A stretch of DNA of 60,961 nucleotides, counting the filler, from Globobulimina sp. (Eukaryota): NCBI GenBank assembly GCA_003354225.1. It is 16 parts of 16 records of this genome, joined end to end, with 100 filler letters (N's around TTAATTAATTAA, not from the genome) between each part and the next. Parts side by side here need not be neighbours in the genome. Positions count along the whole stretch, not along the records: positions 49,626 to 53,338 come from PIVH01002220.1; positions 53,439 to 57,150 come from PIVH01002221.1; positions 57,251 to 60,961 come from PIVH01002222.1; 13 more parts are not named here. One strand, 5' to 3'. Position numbers and translations under genes: made by a program. Positions 49,526-60,961 of the stretch are shown piece by piece (within the stretch, counting starts at the first letter, position 1; every line of letters starts with the position of its first letter). Under the pieces are notes generated by a model, which worked only from the letters and a program-made list of their open reading frames with translations, was not told the DNA's origin and searched no databases.

Positions 49526-49625
49526 NNNNNNNNNNNNNNNNNNNNNNNNNNNNNNNNNNNNNNNNNNNNTTAATTAATTAANNNNNNNNNNNNNNNNNNN
49601 NNNNNNNNNNNNNNNNNNNNNNNNN

Positions 49626-51668
49626 CGTTATTAAAAAAAGTTTTCGAACATAAATGAAATATATTACATTATGTTACAAAAAAAAACATCCCCGATTCAA
49701 GATCAAGAAAGCAAAATTATTACAATGAAATGGCAAATACACGGCCAAGACGTAAATAAATTTCTCTGCATGGAACGTAAAATATTCATGAAAAGTCCAA
49801 GATTTTATTGCCATGAAATTGAATTTAATTTGTATGTATGCATCATTTGATGATCAAGAATATATTTCCATTCAATGAAATTTCTACAAACAAATAATTA
49901 AAACAGAATTGTTTATCCCAGAGGATATAATTTAAACCATACACACACACAAATATTCTGTGTCAGCACTGGCGAACTACCATTAGATCCACAACAGCTC
50001 ACATTTACATTTACAATGACTTCTACCTTAAACAATACGGAATGGGCTGAAAATATTACATTAGACCACAAAGAACAAAAAACATTCTCTCTTCGGCTAT
50101 CTCCGAAAATACCAATCTCTTCCATCGATTCAATGCATGAAACACCACCAAAAAACATTATTTTTGACGTAAATATATCTTTAAACCAACAACAACAACA
50201 ACAACAAAATGAAAATGGCAATGTAATCACACAAAAAAACCCAAATATTGATCATAAAAATGATAAAATCGATGAAAATGAAGAAAAACAACTTAATATA
50301 CATACGACACAGCAACTTTTAACTACAACACCAATGTATACAAACTCACAAATATACAGCAGCAAAAACAACACTTTTAAATGGAAAATCCCGTCAAATC
50401 AAAAGCAACGTTTTACGCATTGTGCCGTTGGACAATGCCTTGATTCCCCCATATTTAGCATGAATAACAACGGCGAATACGAATATAAATTGGTAATATA
50501 TCCAAATGGCACCAAAAATAATACACAATGCATGGTGATATTTATAGAATGTATTAGTTTGCCGGTATTAATATCGACATTCACATTGCTGTTTGACATT
50601 AATATTTTGCACTATTTTGTGTCAGAAATGTTTGTTTTTGGTAATAACATCAAATTATCAAAACCAATCATTGTACCACATGCAAAGTATGCAAATGCAG
50701 AGTTGGAAATCGTTTTTAATATTTTTATTTTACAAGCGCAGTTTCATTCGTTTCAAATCCAAAACAAAGGCATTGGATTCATAGCAAGTGTGGCTCCGTT
50801 TAAACCAATGAAAAGATTTAATGTTTTATGGGATATACCGCCATTATGTAAAGATATTATGTCTCAAAGGTTTGATATCTGGTTTTTAAGACTTCGCGTC
50901 GATGACAGTGATAATATGGTGCGGTTAGGATTAAATTTGATCAGTTTCCCATCGGATATTTGTAGAATTGAGGTTGAATATACATTGAAATGTAAAGCAT
51001 TTGATATTATATATGAGGAAACGACGGTGTTTGAGTATGCCGAGAAATGTAAATGTCGAGAATGGAAGGATATGAATTTGTTTTTTGCACAGATAAAAGA
51101 CTTAAAAGTGGTGCAATTTGAATGTGATATTAATATTTTACGGCAATTCGATCGGAGAGGGAATGAGGTATTAAATAATTATCATTTTGGAGTGCAGCTG
51201 AATGAGAATAAAGAAATGAATTCGAAGAAACAAGATATTAAAGAAAAAGAAGAAAAGAAAAAGGATGATGTTATTAAAGAAAAGGAGAAAGAGACATTAT
51301 TGAAATATAAGCAAAAATGGGTAGAGACAGAAAATAAATTTCAATCTTTGGCGTCTAAATTGGCCAAATTAGATACAAAAATGCAAAAAAATAAAATGGG
51401 TAAAAAATTGGATTTCAAATTGAAAAACTTCAAAAAAGTGCAAAACTTGGAATACGATGAGATGGAAGCATTAGAAATGTGGTTTAATAAACAGTTGCGA
51501 TTACCGCAATATATTAAGCAATTTATAGAGAATGGATGGGACGATATTGAAACTATAAAAAATGGATTGAAAGAACTACATTTAAAACAAATGGGTGTTG
51601 ATAAAGTTGGACATCGTGTCAAGATTTTACAGCATATTCAAATATTAAAAAAACATACAAACAAATAG
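49626..51668 (+). CDS. MATH/TRAF-like repeats plus coiled coil plus C-terminal SAM domain, 5'-partial
   Basis: FKWKI...SPIF...YKLVIYPNG, with a similar unit before the intron at about 49832-49906; LRLPQYIKQFIENGWDD...LKQMGVDKVGHRVKIL (SAM). Confidence 0.75.
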
Positions 51669-51888
51669 TTTTTCATTGATATTGTTTATTGTGTATTGTG
51701 TATTTATCATTACCTATAATGTGTAGCTTCTATAGGTGACATTCCGACGTTGCATTGAAAAAACAAAACGAGCACAAGACTTTTATATGAATGATGAGCT
51801 TCCCTGACGACAAAATTAGCCCTAGATAATACTATATGAACATGTATATAATACTTAATGTAACAAACATAATTATATTAAAAGTTAA

Positions 51889-53130
51889 TCAATCGATAAG
51901 TGTTTCTGCCAATGTTACCATCGCAGCGAGTTGTTCTTGACCAGCAGGTATTATATTCCCTGGTGGCGGATTAAAACCAGGTCCTCTTCCTTCAAATGTA
52001 AAACTAACAATTGTCGAATCTGATTGCGCAAAAGCAAAATCTGTCACATCCCCAGAAGCAGGATATAAACCGGAGGACTGCATGGATGTATATGTTACGC
52101 CATGAACATCAGCAACAGCTGTTTCCAGTACAGCTCCTAAATCAAAAAATTGTTCATAATATGGGGGTGGTAATTGAGTGTATGAATATCCCCATGGCCA
52201 TAAAATCAATGGCCCGCTAGTATGCATGTCAATGGCAGCATGGATATTATTTGTGGAGTTAAGCATAAATTGCGCAGACGCTGCAGCTTCCGGTTCAGAA
52301 AAAGGTGTTGTTCCGCAGTACGTGTCACTGCTTGGGTTGGTTGACGCTCCCACAGTGCACCACGTATTAATGGGTCCATCGTAGTTTCTATTCAAATCTA
52401 CACCAAAACTGCCGTCGCCATTATTTCTTCGATTCTTTCTCCACATTCGTTCATTCGAACCAATCCACGAATATATATAACCATCAATGTTCACAGTAGG
52501 AACGATATAAATATTCACTGAATCCAATATATTGGTGATACGGTCATCATTTTCATATCCTTCGGCCAATGCATTCAATATATACATTGTGGCGGCATTG
52601 GCCAACCACTCTCGAGCATGGAGTTCCGCTTGAATATAAAAACCGGGTTTTGTGCCAGTGCCACCTGCGGATAATGTAATGAGTGGGATATCTCTGCCTT
52701 GGATTGTTTGTCCGATATAACTTCGGGATGCAATACCAGGGAACCTAAGCAATAAAGCATCGATAAATAAAACATATTGATCCCAACTTCTATACTCTAA
52801 AAAAAATAAATCTGGACGCATTGAAGGGGTCCATTTGGCTGTGTTATTGATTCTAGACATTTGTCTACGAATAACTTTGTCTGCATCAGGATAAATAATA
52901 TCAAATGCCATTATCATATCTTTTTTGCGTATCTCCGTCGATTTAGATTCGTCGATAACTACATTGAGTTGGACAATTTCTTCTGTTGTGTTGACATATT
53001 GTCTGCCCCATATTTCACCCTCTGAAAATAAAGAAAATATATCTTTGCGATGTAATGTCACATCAACATTCACTTTTCTTGCTCCATTTAAATGCAAAAT
53101 ACAGACGAACACCAAGAACATGCAATTCAT
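51889..53130 (-). CDS. Zinc carboxypeptidase, family M14A, secreted
   Basis: HAREW; WRKNRR; GVDLNRNY; IDMHTSG; FTFEGR; signal peptide. Confidence 0.95.
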   Translation of the reverse strand: MNCMFLVFVCILHLNGARKVNVDVTLHRKDIFSLFSEGEIWGRQYVNTTEEIVQLNVVIDESKSTEIRKKDMIMAFDIIYPDADKVIRRQMSRINNTAKWTPSMRPDLFFLEYRSWDQYVLFIDALLLRFPGIASRSYIGQTIQGRDIPLITLSAGGTGTKPGFYIQAELHAREWLANAATMYILNALAEGYENDDRITNILDSVNIYIVPTVNIDGYIYSWIGSNERMWRKNRRNNGDGSFGVDLNRNYDGPINTWCTVGASTNPSSDTYCGTTPFSEPEAAASAQFMLNSTNNIHAAIDMHTSGPLILWPWGYSYTQLPPPYYEQFFDLGAVLETAVADVHGVTYTSMQSSGLYPASGDVTDFAFAQSDSTIVSFTFEGRGPGFNPPPGNIIPAGQEQLAAMVTLAETLID

Positions 53131-53438
53131 CTTCCGCTAGAGCTTTTTTGCAGTACAGTATCGATATACAGAGATATATCTTTTTATTAATAAACTATAC
53201 AACTTTTTTTTGAGTCACTTGGAATGACATTAGTTTCCAGATGCAGATATTCATTAACGGAACATCATTTTTATAATACAATAAGTCAACGAAGATTGTT
53301 ACAAATACCTGATAAATGCAATCCTAAATTTATTTTGGNNNNNNNNNNNNNNNNNNNNNNNNNNNNNNNNNNNNNNNNNNNNTTAATTAATTAANNNNNN
53401 NNNNNNNNNNNNNNNNNNNNNNNNNNNNNNNNNNNNNN

Positions 53439-53787
53439 TTCTTATCGATATTTTGTCTTTAAATTTCTTATCAATTGAATTCCACCCATTTAATAGCTCG
53501 GATTCGTTTAAATTCACAACATATTCAATTATTATCATTGTATTCAATTCGAATTCAATGCCGGTTAATGGCGATATCGATGACACAGAGCTCATAGAAG
53601 TCACTGAAGCAGAATCCATGCCCTCTTCATCCATCTGTATAAATAAATCATTCACAAGATTATTGAATTTGTTTTTTCTTTCTTTATATATTCGTGCACT
53701 GTCACAAATTCTGAAGCCTCGGTTACAACTGGCATGGGTTTTCATTACTGGAATTTCTTCATAACCGCAAGATTCGCAACAACCCAT
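53439..53787 (-). CDS. N-acylated small protein, 3'-partial
   Basis: MGCCESC start; IIEYVVNLNESELLNGWNSID shared with the neighbouring gene. Confidence 0.55.
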
Positions 53788-53932
53788 TTTTACAGTATCT
53801 GGATGATGGCTAGTTACACTAAGGTTTTTTGAAATAATTGCAGGGATCCTTGACCTCACGGAAATGTACAAACAAACGTGAACACGTATAATAAATTAGT
53901 ATCAGATATACTGATATACAGTAGAGTTATTT

Positions 53933-54392
53933 TTAATAATTGTCTTTTTTAATTTCAACAAAATATTCTGTAAAGTTCTCCATATAGAACGGTTTTGTGA
54001 TATAATCGTCATTAAATCCATGAACACCTAATATTTGTTCAAAATCATCTTCAATTTCATTTGCCACTTTTCTTGAACCTGTGGTATATTTATGATCACT
54101 TTGCTTGTTATAATTTGATACTTGCGTTTTAATATAAGCCTCAACAAATGCTAATAATAATTGTTTGAATTCATGATCCAAATGAATTTTATTTTTATTT
54201 GTTGTATCAATCGATTCCCACATGCATCTCTTTTAATTCGTCACTATTTAAACTAATTATATAATCGATAATCATTATTGATGTCACCTCTACATTTTTT
54301 TTTGGCGGAGTGTACTGTTTTTTGTGTTCCATATCGCTTTCTTTTTTATCTGAGTCACTTGGGAATGAACAACAATCTTCTACTGCTCCCAT
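53933..54392 (-). pseudogene. N-acylated small protein paralog with 4-bp frameshift
   Basis: MGAVEDCC start; IIDYIISLNSDELKEM then WESID in another frame; ATGCATG at 54221-54227. Confidence 0.55.
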
Positions 54393-54804
54393 GGTAAATG
54401 CAATTGTTTGTTAATTTACAGTACTTCAACGTTTTCGATGACAATAACGTTTTCGATGTCATGTGCAAGGATAGAGTACAAGTGCGAGGATACAAACTAA
54501 TACATTTGGAACATTGATAAAACTATAAAAATACAAACAAATTTAGATTTCAAAACAAACAGTTTCCCTAAATCACACATAAAAAACGGGATTGGTTAAA
54601 AGTTAAAGAAAAGGAAAAAAAATATATAAAAAAGCAATATTTAATCGAGATGCAATGAACAAATCAAATGTTTTCAAATAATTTGTCATTGAATCATAGT
54701 TAATATCTGACTACGCACTGTAAAGCAAAGCAAAAAGAAAAACACAACATATTAAAAATATAAATTTCTTAGAAACCCGAAGGAGACAGAATAGCGAAAA
54801 TAAA

Positions 54805-55389
54805 TTAATAATAATCGTAAACGGTTTCACTATATGAGGTAATCAACCATTTTCCATTAAAATTTTCGAATACGATCTCTTTCCATCGATCGCCGGTGCC
54901 TTGAAACGAGGTTCCAAAGAAATGAGGAAAATCGCCCCAAAAAATATCATCGTGAAATCCAACCATTTTCACTTTTTTATTTTTCTCAATAATTTGTAAG
55001 TGATGAGGTCGCGGTGCGGACATAATGTCTTTCTCGGTGACTTTGACTGATTTCTCTCTGTCGACAGATTGCATTTTTTTCTCTTCGACCGATTGCGATT
55101 CGGTCCATTCTTTTAATTTATACACTTTTGAATTCCATGCTTTATGTAAATGTCCCTCGCCTTTTGCTCCAATCATACCAAAATAGAACGACGATGCAAA
55201 AATATCTTTGCAAAATTCATACAATTTTTCCTTGTTTTTCTGATTTCGTCCCATGGCAAACCAATCCATTTTGCGTAACAAGTTGCATATTTTTTTATTT
55301 AAATGAGCTTCTAAATTATTGAAACCACGCGCACCGAACTTCTCGTCACGTAATGACCGTACTTCTGCGTTTTGGTTTACTCTTTGCAT
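54805..55389 (-). CDS. Hypothetical protein, possibly NTF2-like fold
   Basis: 194-aa ORF ending IVFENFNGKWLITSY, a typical NTF2-like terminal hairpin; weak. Confidence 0.45.
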   Translation of the reverse strand: MQRVNQNAEVRSLRDEKFGARGFNNLEAHLNKKICNLLRKMDWFAMGRNQKNKEKLYEFCKDIFASSFYFGMIGAKGEGHLHKAWNSKVYKLKEWTESQSVEEKKMQSVDREKSVKVTEKDIMSAPRPHHLQIIEKNKKVKMVGFHDDIFWGDFPHFFGTSFQGTGDRWKEIVFENFNGKWLITSYSETVYDYY

Positions 55390-55747
55390 TGTTGTTAATG
55401 TATTGCGTCAATAAATTGAAAGTACGAAGTAATTTTGCGCCTTATTTGAAACACAAAAGTTATTCGAGCCTTGTGAAAAGTTATTTGAAACACTAGTTGT
55501 CAGTTGTCAGAGTTTTTTAATACAAAAATGTAACATCTGAAATATTTCTGAAATATATAAATTGACTTCAATCAATGGGCGTATATTGCGCAATATAAGA
55601 ACAACCCCTAATATGTAGATCATAGTTTTAGATGATTTCACTCACAACATTTTGCAACAAAAACCTCATTGCTTAAACTCACTCATTTATCTGTTAATGA
55701 CAGCTTAATGACACCAAAAATAAAGGCATATCACTTATCCTCCAACA

Positions 55748-57150
55748 ATGAAGGCATATCACTTATCACTCGCTGTATATTCAGGTACTGAACTCCTTAT
55801 TACGGACACAAACCCTAACAAAAATTATTGATACAAAATCACCCAAAATAAAACATCTATAGTTCTCGTATTGTTCAACATTTCATCCAGTTCGCATTGC
55901 CATGGACCCGAATATCAACAACCATGTAAATGTTTCATTGGCAAATACCAATGCCTTTATGTCCTAAAATGTGATTGGCAATTTTCAAAATGCGTCGAAT
56001 CAACAACAGATTTTCCTACTTATCAACCAACCTCCGATCCATTTGCAAAGCCAACGCCAAACCCAAACACAAACACATTGACATGTGGTGATATCCTACG
56101 TAGTCACTGGCATCATCACGACATTACATTCAAATTAAACCTACCATCGGACACACAATCCATTACAATCAATGCTTGTAATTCAAATTTCGATACAACA
56201 TTGCAATTATACCAATATTCACAGTCTCATCACCCACTATATGCAGATGACAATGCCTGTGACAATAACTACAGCTCTTCATTAATAACCGTCGACAATG
56301 GCCTTTCTGCTGGAACATATTATCTATTATTATCAGCAAACACTGCCACACCAACACATTCAACCTATGAGCTGCAGATACTATGCACACAAAATAATGA
56401 CACAGCTGCAGCTGATTTATGCGCATCAAACTGCGACGCATTCAGTGTGAAATTATTATATTATGGCTTGTTGCAAGAATACAATACCAGCCATATCCAC
56501 TATGACAATCGGAGAGTTTTGCAGAGTCCGCGCAGCGATGCAGGCACATCGGATATTGTATGCTATACATATGAGATACAGCGCTTATTAGCGGATGGAA
56601 TGTGTGCGGACACTGTGACTGCCATTGTTTTGGGTGTCTGTCCCACGGATTATCATAAACTAAATGACATCGATTTGGATGCATTGATTTACAAAGAATT
56701 CAGCGGCGATATCTATGCTGGATATGATGGCGTTGCCGTGTCGGAAATAAGCGGCGTTGAAATCGATATCACTGTGGATGAGGTCGCAAAGGAGTTCACT
56801 TTGTGTATGCATGGGGTCAATGAGGAGGGAGCGGTCGGTCATTTGGTGCAGTTTAAGCGAGGAAATAAGCCATTTTATGTGTGTGATGATGAGAGAAATG
56901 ATGGATTGCCTTGTTTGAGTGAGATAGCACACATTGAGATGGACACTGTGCAAACTTTGGAGAGTCGGATATCTGCGCGTATTTTGCAGGCGATTTTAGT
57001 CATTTCGGTGAGTGTAATGGTTGTGATAGCTCTGCTTTATTTGTTTGTCACTGTGCAGAAAGGAAAGCGATTGAAAACAGTCGCTTCGACGGATATAGAT
57101 TGGGCAGAGATAAATGTTTCAGATACATTGAGCAGTTCGGAAGCGGTATC
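55748..57150 (+). CDS. Single-pass surface protein with 'CxSxFDT' domain, 3'-partial
   Basis: Intron 55785-55862 completes signal peptide MKAYHLSLAVYSVLVLF; ACNSNFDTTLQLY...AGTYYL...YELQILC; TM near the end. Confidence 0.7.
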
Positions 57151-57322
57151 NNNNNNNNNNNNNNNNNNNNNNNNNNNNNNNNNNNNNNNNNNNNTTAATT
57201 AATTAANNNNNNNNNNNNNNNNNNNNNNNNNNNNNNNNNNNNNNNNNNNNTAACAATAATATGAATATATATAATTACATTAAAATAAATAACAAATTGA
57301 GCCAAAATAATGCATGGCAGAG

Positions 57323-58490
57323 CTAAATTGTTTCATCATTGTCATTCTCATCTAATTTGCAAAATTGTTTAAACTTTGCTTTTGTTTCTTCTTCTTCGTT
57401 CTCACTCAGTGGCGTGCTTTCACAGTCATTCATATTTGTATTGTTCAAATCAATTTGTATTGGAGTGCATGTGTCGTATTTGGGCTTTGTACAACATTGC
57501 GCACATTTTGTAAATCCAGATCGCTCATAGTTTCCATCATTTTCGTTTTTCACAAATCCAAATATTCTAAATAATGTGCCAAACAATAAGATAAATAACG
57601 TATTCAATGCGCCATATAACATAGGTATACCCACTGCGATATTGGCGTCTTTTTTATCCATCACTGTCAATAAAACTATGGATATCGCTAAGATGACATT
57701 TTGATTACAACATTCGATGCTGACTGCAATGCACTGATTATTTCTTAATTTAAATATAAAATACGAAAACGAGAAGGATGTAAACCACGCGATAACATTT
57801 AATATGAATGTTGATATAAAAACGTCAGATGATAATTGCCAGATTTTTTTATCTGAAATCAGCATATTTTGATACATTCCAAGTAAAACTAAAATTGCTA
57901 CAGCTATTCCGCCTGAAATATGCAATGGTTTCTTTAATTTATTATATTGTTTGTAAATGATTAATAGTCCCACGATAACACCAAATAGCAACACAGCAAC
58001 AGATAAAGTTAATGATATATAATCAATCATAGCTTTATTGTGAGTGACCAATGGAATATAAATTACACTTAGATAGTAAATATAATTAATGTATACGTAG
58101 TAATTAAGAAGAAAAATGAAGAATATATATTTGAACAAACCAGTTAAAGGTAAGGAAAATGAACGATAACAAAGACGAACAACTGGTCATCGCAATGGAT
58201 AATGCTAAATCTGTTCCAAAGTACCAACACCAAAAATTTGATAATGTGCCGCCAGGACAACTCGCAGTGACAATTAATCCAATGGCTTCTAGTGATGGTA
58301 ATGATAATATTTTAATCAGTACAAATGCAGTGAGTGGCAGTATTATAAACTGACATAGTAAACCAATTACTATTTGTTTTGGCTTTTTAATATACATTAA
58401 GAAAGAAGACAAATCGATAGAACTGGCAAATCCCGCCATTACTAAAAATACGCCAATCAGCATTGCTATCGCAATCCCATCCAATTCCAT
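57323..58490 (-). CDS. SLC10 / sodium-bile acid symporter family transporter
   Basis: GLLCQFIILP; SCPGGTLSN...DLALSIAMTS; SIECCNQN; intron 58068-58140. Confidence 0.9.
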
Positions 58491-58500
58491 TACAGTTTTT

Positions 58501-58555
58501 CTAGTTAACCTTTTTTATCTTAGCACAAAAAAAAACTAGTTAACCTTTTTTATCT
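58501..58555. promoter_or_regulatory. 20-bp direct repeat in an 84-bp divergent intergenic region
   Basis: ctagttaaccttttttatct at 58501-58520 and 58536-58555, between ATGs at 58490(-) and 58575(+). Regulatory role is inferred. Confidence 0.45.
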
Positions 58556-58574
58556 GATTATCTGATCGACAATC

Positions 58575-60961
58575 ATGGATTGTCTGCCTCCTGAATTGAA
58601 AAAAGGGACTATTCGACTCCCCCATGTACTCCAACGCATGCGATCATTACAGAACTCATGTGCGCAAGAGTTAGAACATCGTCAGGAACTGTTATCTCAA
58701 TTGCAAGAAATTCAACGTGCAGTTAAGCAAACTACTTTCATATTACGTATTTGCCTGTCACTAGCTTACCATGTGTTATTATGATAGAATCACGCATTAC
58801 AATTTGCATTGAGTAGAAGATCAAAAGCAGGAAAAAACAAACCATGCATAAAACAATCAGAAATATCAGTACTGTCAGCAGTTTAGTATTCCATCCAGCT
58901 CATAAATGCACGCGTCATTTTTTTTATTTTTTATTTTCCATTCATAGACTGACAATTCCAATTATGACTCATTGGCGTTATGCCAGGAATTGATTGCCAA
59001 CAACGCTAAAATGAGAACAATTATCCCTTCATTGTGTACAACAAATTTATATCACCGGATAAATTCATTAAATTTACCATGTCATACAAAAAATGAATTC
59101 TATCAACAATTAGGTATTTTATCCACTGGCGATGAGCAAACCACTCCTGATCCTCCAACACAACAACCACAACCACCAATTTGTTCACGTTCGAGATCCG
59201 GAGTTTGCCAAACAACAAACAATGCGAATGAGATAAGCACACAACAAAAAGACATGTACAAGCTTAAAACAGTAAAATTACCAAATGCGAACATTATTCA
59301 TTTGAATGAAATATCACCATTTAAGAATTTTGGGTTTGATATGCGATTTAGTAATGGCGATACGTATGCATTTGATAATTTTGTTGATGGGCCGCATATT
59401 ATAGAAAGAATTACATACAACAATGACATAGCAATTGCACCAAAAACGCCTTCACAAAGAAAGATTTCAATATTTAATTCACCGTTAAAAGACGATAATA
59501 ATTTAATTGAAGAGCTTTTTGATGAAATAAAGAGTTCACCGACGTCGATTACAACCGCATCAATAACATCGGCAACAAATTCATGTTCGCATCGACCCAA
59601 AACAAAAATCGATATATCCAATATACATTGGATTAAATTTAATAAAATAATTACAATTATAACGCATCCTGGTTTTTGTGATTCCATTGAAAAAAATAAA
59701 ATGCGCAGAATAACAATATTAACTCATACAGGATTTTGTGACTCGATTGAATTATTATCAGCATTAACAAATCGATATTTTCTTCCGTATCCACCCAATC
59801 TATGCCAAAATGAGATGGGTTTTTGGATTGAAAAATGTCAGCAACCAATCAGATTTCGTGTGATTGCTACAATTAAATATTGGTTAAAAGAGCATTGGAA
59901 AGATGATTTTGCAGATAATAAGAAATTACAAGAATGTATGTTTGAATTTTGTCAAGATATTAAAAAAGAGCCCAAACAAAAACATTTAAACAAAAAAATA
60001 CAAACCATGGATCCATCCAAATTGGCGCAACAAATCAAATCAATGATAAATAAAAATAAAGAAAGAAAAAAAGTTATTTTAAATCAAGAAAAAGGGAAAC
60101 AGAGAGAAAAGAGTTCCAAATCATTGTCGAATATGCAAACCTATGATATTCATTATAATTATACATTGTTAACAACGCATAATATTACTATTTTATGCAA
60201 TTGTTTCACGCAATTATGCTTAAATGTATTTATGTCGATTAAACCGAGAGAATTAGTTAATTTTCGAAATAAAGAAAGAGCGCCAAACCTATATTATATG
60301 ATATATCAGCATGAATTATTAGTGGCATTTGTTCAGGAATCCATATTAAATCAACATGATATCCAATGCAGATGCAATTTATTGGATATTTTCATTAAAA
60401 TGTCCTATTATTTATCAGTGGATGGTAATTTCCATGGTTCGCATGCGATATATTCTGCAATAAATATGTCGTCCATTCATAGATTAAAGCAAACATTTTC
60501 GTTATTAAATAAGTCAACAATTAAAAAACTAGAGAATTTAAAGCATTTATTTAATTATAGCAATGGCAGAATGAATTTAAGAAATAGAATTCAAGAATAT
60601 TTAGCACAAAAATGTATTCCTGAATTAAGTCTGTTGCGTAAAGATTTGACATTTGTGGAAGATGGTAACCAGTCAACTAAAAAATGTTTAAATAATAAAA
60701 ATAAAAATTTAATTAATTTTTTTAAATCGCAATTATTGGCTAAAATTATTGAACAAATTAAAATGAATCAAAATAATAATTTATCATCTTCTTCTCCGAC
60801 TGATTATGATTATAATCCATCTGTATTTGAATATATTCGTTGCACGTCATCACACAATACATTTTTGCTAATATCGTCCACTGCGGCCATTATTTTATAT
60901 TTTCTTTTGCTTCGATCCATATTAACATCATCTTGCCACAAACTACATTTTTTCAATGCAT
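58575..60961 (+). CDS. Ras guanine-nucleotide exchange factor (REM + CDC25 domains), 3'-partial; main exon absent from the ORF track
   Basis: Long open frame about 58950-60961: ILTHTGFCDSIELLSALTNRY; IRFRVIATIKYWLKEHW; IKPREL; GNFHGSHAIYSAINMSSIHRLKQT; CIPELSLLRKDLTFVEDGN; LINFFK. The 5' exons are tentative. Confidence 0.88.

Noticed and set aside
3721-57250. Regularly spaced TTAATTAATTAA motif as a biological repeat or CRISPR-like array
   Set aside because: Embedded in fixed N-runs; it is a synthetic six-frame-stop linker.
1-60961. Alternative genetic code
   Set aside because: Conserved genes translate cleanly with the standard code and use TAA, TAG and TGA as stops; breaks are explained by introns or isolated lesions.

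Overview
This is not one locus. It is 16 unrelated short contigs (3720 down to 3711 bp, sorted by decreasing length) joined by an artificial 100-bp spacer (N44-TTAATTAATTAA-N44, stops in all six frames), so nothing can be inferred from adjacency across spacers. The DNA is mostly AT-rich, gene-dense and eukaryotic, with short GT-AG introns (about 36-130 bp). A protist source, plausibly foraminiferan/rhizarian, is my inference and is not proven. Recognisable genes: K+-dependent H+-pyrophosphatase, ILVBL-like ThDP enzyme, M14 carboxypeptidase, RsuA-family pseudouridine synthase, RasGEF, SLC10 symporter, PDAT, LPCAT, SBDS, and HMG-box, MYND, SPRY, MATH-SAM and 7TM proteins. Most notable: (i) a contig with an exact 119-bp terminal overlap, implying a 3597-bp circle, tandem unit or assembly loop carrying three nuclear-type genes; (ii) a Ty3/gypsy-like element assembled as PPT-LTR-PBS-gag; (iii) a TA-flanked MITE; (iv) intron-containing genes with toxin-like catalytic modules (ADP-ribosyltransferase-like; ParB/Srx-like plus zinc finger); (v) two short bacterial fragments (xdhB, RHH/CopG) fused to eukaryotic genes at contig ends, probably chimeras; (vi) several frameshifted genes. 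I found no rRNA, tRNA or CRISPR array, and no multi-gene novel system that I can support.
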